A stretch of 49,992 bases of DNA from the NCBI GenBank assembly GCA_049642705.1, contig JBARPB010000068.1:1-49992 (forward strand), written 5' to 3'. Below the pieces are notes generated by a model. The model was not told where the DNA came from. It did no database searches and saw only the letters and a list, made by a program, of their open reading frames with translations. The position numbers and the translations under genes are program-made. Positions 49,401 to 49,992 of the stretch are shown one piece after another. Within the stretch, counting starts at the first letter, position 1. Each line of letters begins with the position of its first letter. Source of the DNA: Candidatus Omnitrophota bacterium. GTDB lineage: Bacteria; Omnitrophota; Gorgyraeia; JABMRN01; RBG-13-46-9.

Positions 49401-49992
49401 TTAAGGCTCGTTGGGTCAAGGCTTAAATGGCCGCCTGGAATATGAACTATCGGCTCGCCTTTTTCGTCTAATCTGAAAGATGAAACATTTGCTGTTTCGC
49501 CGTCTTTAGTCCTTAGTTGACAATCTATAAGAAAAACGTTTTTCGCATCAACACCCGTTTGCTCAGATACCGCTTTGAGATGCGCAGCCATTTCTTCGAT
49601 ATCTGCGTAAGTGCCATTTGCAGCGAACGCTTGTTGTTCTTCTTCCACTCCATCACTAGTGTAGGTCTTTGTCACTACCTTAAAAACTCCTCCTTCGAAA
49701 TAGGTGTAATCTATGCGGGTTACTACGGTTTTTCCGGTTAATCTGTTGAATCCCGCACCTATTACGAAGATGACCTTTCCGCTTAGGTCTTGGACGGCGA
49801 ATGTGAGGGACTCTAATGCCTTGCCCATACCTATGAATGCAAGGCCTTCTGTGAACTTGGCGAATGCCGCTATGCCTCCTGCGCCCGAGAAGTCGTGTTT
49901 TATTGCTTCTGCTCTTATCTGGGTTATCTGCGCATCTGTTAGATTTAATGCGCCTTGTGCGCTGTCGTATATGTTTTCTCTTCCTATTAAGG
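34493..49992 (-). CDS. Giant membrane-associated protein with embedded SecA-like motor (>=5,166 codons; probably 5'-partial)
   Basis: The track lists 34493-49828 (5,111 aa) from the first ATG. I translated 49829-49992 in the same frame and it stays open and protein-like (...[60 protein letters not shown]). No convincing SD precedes ATG 49828, so the true start is probably beyond the right edge. The stop is TAA. Confidence 0.85.
   Translation of the reverse strand, partial: [5165 protein letters not shown]
36293..36307 (-). other. HEXXH motif 2 (HELAH, aa 4508-4512) immediately after two hydrophobic helices
   Basis: [54 protein letters not shown]. This suggests a membrane-proximal zincin-like site. 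The family is unassigned. Confidence 0.4.
36875..37033 (-). repeat. Internal 159-nt duplication, copy B (encodes [35 protein letters not shown]...[10 protein letters not shown])
   Basis: See copy A. Confidence 0.8.
37571..37729 (-). repeat. Internal 159-nt duplication, copy A (encodes [35 protein letters not shown]...[10 protein letters not shown])
   Basis: Collinear with 36875-37033, with about 25 mismatches in 159 nt by my hand alignment. The copies are 696 nt (232 codons) apart and in frame. Confidence 0.8.
38033..38047 (-). other. HEXXH zinc-metallopeptidase motif 1 (HEVGH, aa 3928-3932)
   Basis: [15 protein letters not shown] read from the track protein and located on the DNA (atgcccaacttcatg). 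The surrounding family is unassigned. Confidence 0.45.
38412..38620 (-). other. Winged-helix-like module (first of three ...NYY[KRH][LM] units)
   Basis: [28 protein letters not shown]...[31 protein letters not shown] resembles MarR/ArsR-type wHTH (recognition helix, then a G.L wing). Related endings recur: [20 protein letters not shown] and [22 protein letters not shown]. By eye only. Confidence 0.35.
39725..39915 (-). other. Cluster of about 3 transmembrane helices C-terminal to the SecA-like region
   Basis: [64 protein letters not shown]. Confidence 0.6.
40520..43010 (-). other. Nearly full-length SecA-like translocase ATPase region (NBD1, PPXD, NBD2, helical scaffold), aa ~2274-3100 of the giant protein
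   Basis: Motif-for-motif match to E. coli SecA as I recall it:
- [41 protein letters not shown] versus [41 protein letters not shown] (Walker A at 42926-42946)
- [15 protein letters not shown] versus YALVDEVDSILIDEA
- [40 protein letters not shown]...FSGCSGTV versus [40 protein letters not shown]...LAGMTGTA
- [16 protein letters not shown] versus VTIATNMAGRGTDIVL
- [32 protein letters not shown] versus [31 protein letters not shown]
- [26 protein letters not shown] versus [26 protein letters not shown]. Confidence 0.85.
47215..48215 (-). other. Array of glycine-zipper (GxxxG/AxxxG) transmembrane hairpin repeats, about 5-6 units of ~52 aa
   Basis: Example: [52 protein letters not shown], repeated three times. 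Two units containing [17 protein letters not shown][IV]GAAIG flank these, and a further [20 protein letters not shown] unit follows. The composition matches glycine-zipper 2TM-type domains. Confidence 0.7.
48303..49068 (-). repeat. Five in-frame copies of a 41-aa (123-nt) hydrophobic repeat (2 + ~55-aa spacer + 3)
   Basis: The protein unit is GRAW[NG]FVKE[YN]A..[IV]GR[VI].LGI.[8 protein letters not shown][IR]WQWDNIKD.A. By my hand alignment, adjacent DNA units 48418-48540 and 48541-48663 differ at about 11 of 123 positions. Confidence 0.85.

Noticed and set aside
34196-49741. + strand ORFs overlapping the PilZ gene and the 5,111-aa ORF (for example 45852-46622, 47280-48059)
   Set aside because: Antisense shadows of the giant minus-strand gene. 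For example, the Pro/Ala/Thr-rich 47280-48059 product is simply the antisense reading of the Gly/Ala/Ile/Val glycine-zipper array.
49826-49828. Treating ATG 49828 as the true start of giant gene 2
   Set aside because: The frame stays open and protein-like to the window edge, and no properly spaced SD precedes this ATG. The start is more likely outside the window.
1-49992. Mobile elements, prophage, tRNA/rRNA genes, or an alternative genetic code
   Set aside because: I saw no integrase, transposase or recombinase motifs, no terminal inverted repeats, and no tRNA- or rRNA-like sequences. TAA, TAG and TGA each terminate at least one well-supported ORF (34493, 34174/27826 and 28440 respectively), so there is no evidence for stop-codon reassignment.

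Overview
All genes in this window lie on the minus strand, and TAA, TAG and TGA all terminate ORFs, so the genetic code is standard. Two giant genes fill about 79% of the window.

(1) One minus-strand frame runs uninterrupted from ATG 24068 to the left window edge (>=8,022 codons). It is missing from the supplied ORF track because it has no in-window stop. It encodes a mosaic envelope protein with these parts, N- to C-terminal:
- a signal anchor
- a ~640-aa module paralogous to the neighbouring 1,021-aa protein
- a GH130-like beta-propeller
- a minimal nucleotidyltransferase
- an NAGPA/DUF2233-like domain
- several TolC/OEP-like repeats
- an NdvB/Cgs-like (alpha/alpha)6 domain
- an OpgH-like GT2 synthase with polytopic membrane segments

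(2) A second frame of >=5,166 codons runs from 34493 to the right edge. It carries tandem 41-aa and ~52-aa glycine-zipper membrane repeats, a nearly full-length SecA-like motor embedded mid-protein, wHTH-like modules and two HEXXH motifs.

Between the two giants lie:
- a stand-alone paralogue of the giant N-terminal module
- a tightly coupled Dlt-like carrier-protein O-acylation operon (MBOAT, SGNH/DltD-like, PP-loop amidotransferase, ACP, AMP-ligase, TPM)
- a PilZ / 42-aa zinc-ribbon / PilZ cassette that starts 16 nt after the stop of the SecA-containing giant

I saw no rRNA, tRNA, CRISPR array or mobile element. The architecture resembles giant-gene loci reported from uncultivated Omnitrophota-type bacteria; that is an inference. 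All domain calls are by-eye motif matches and need HMM or structure confirmation.
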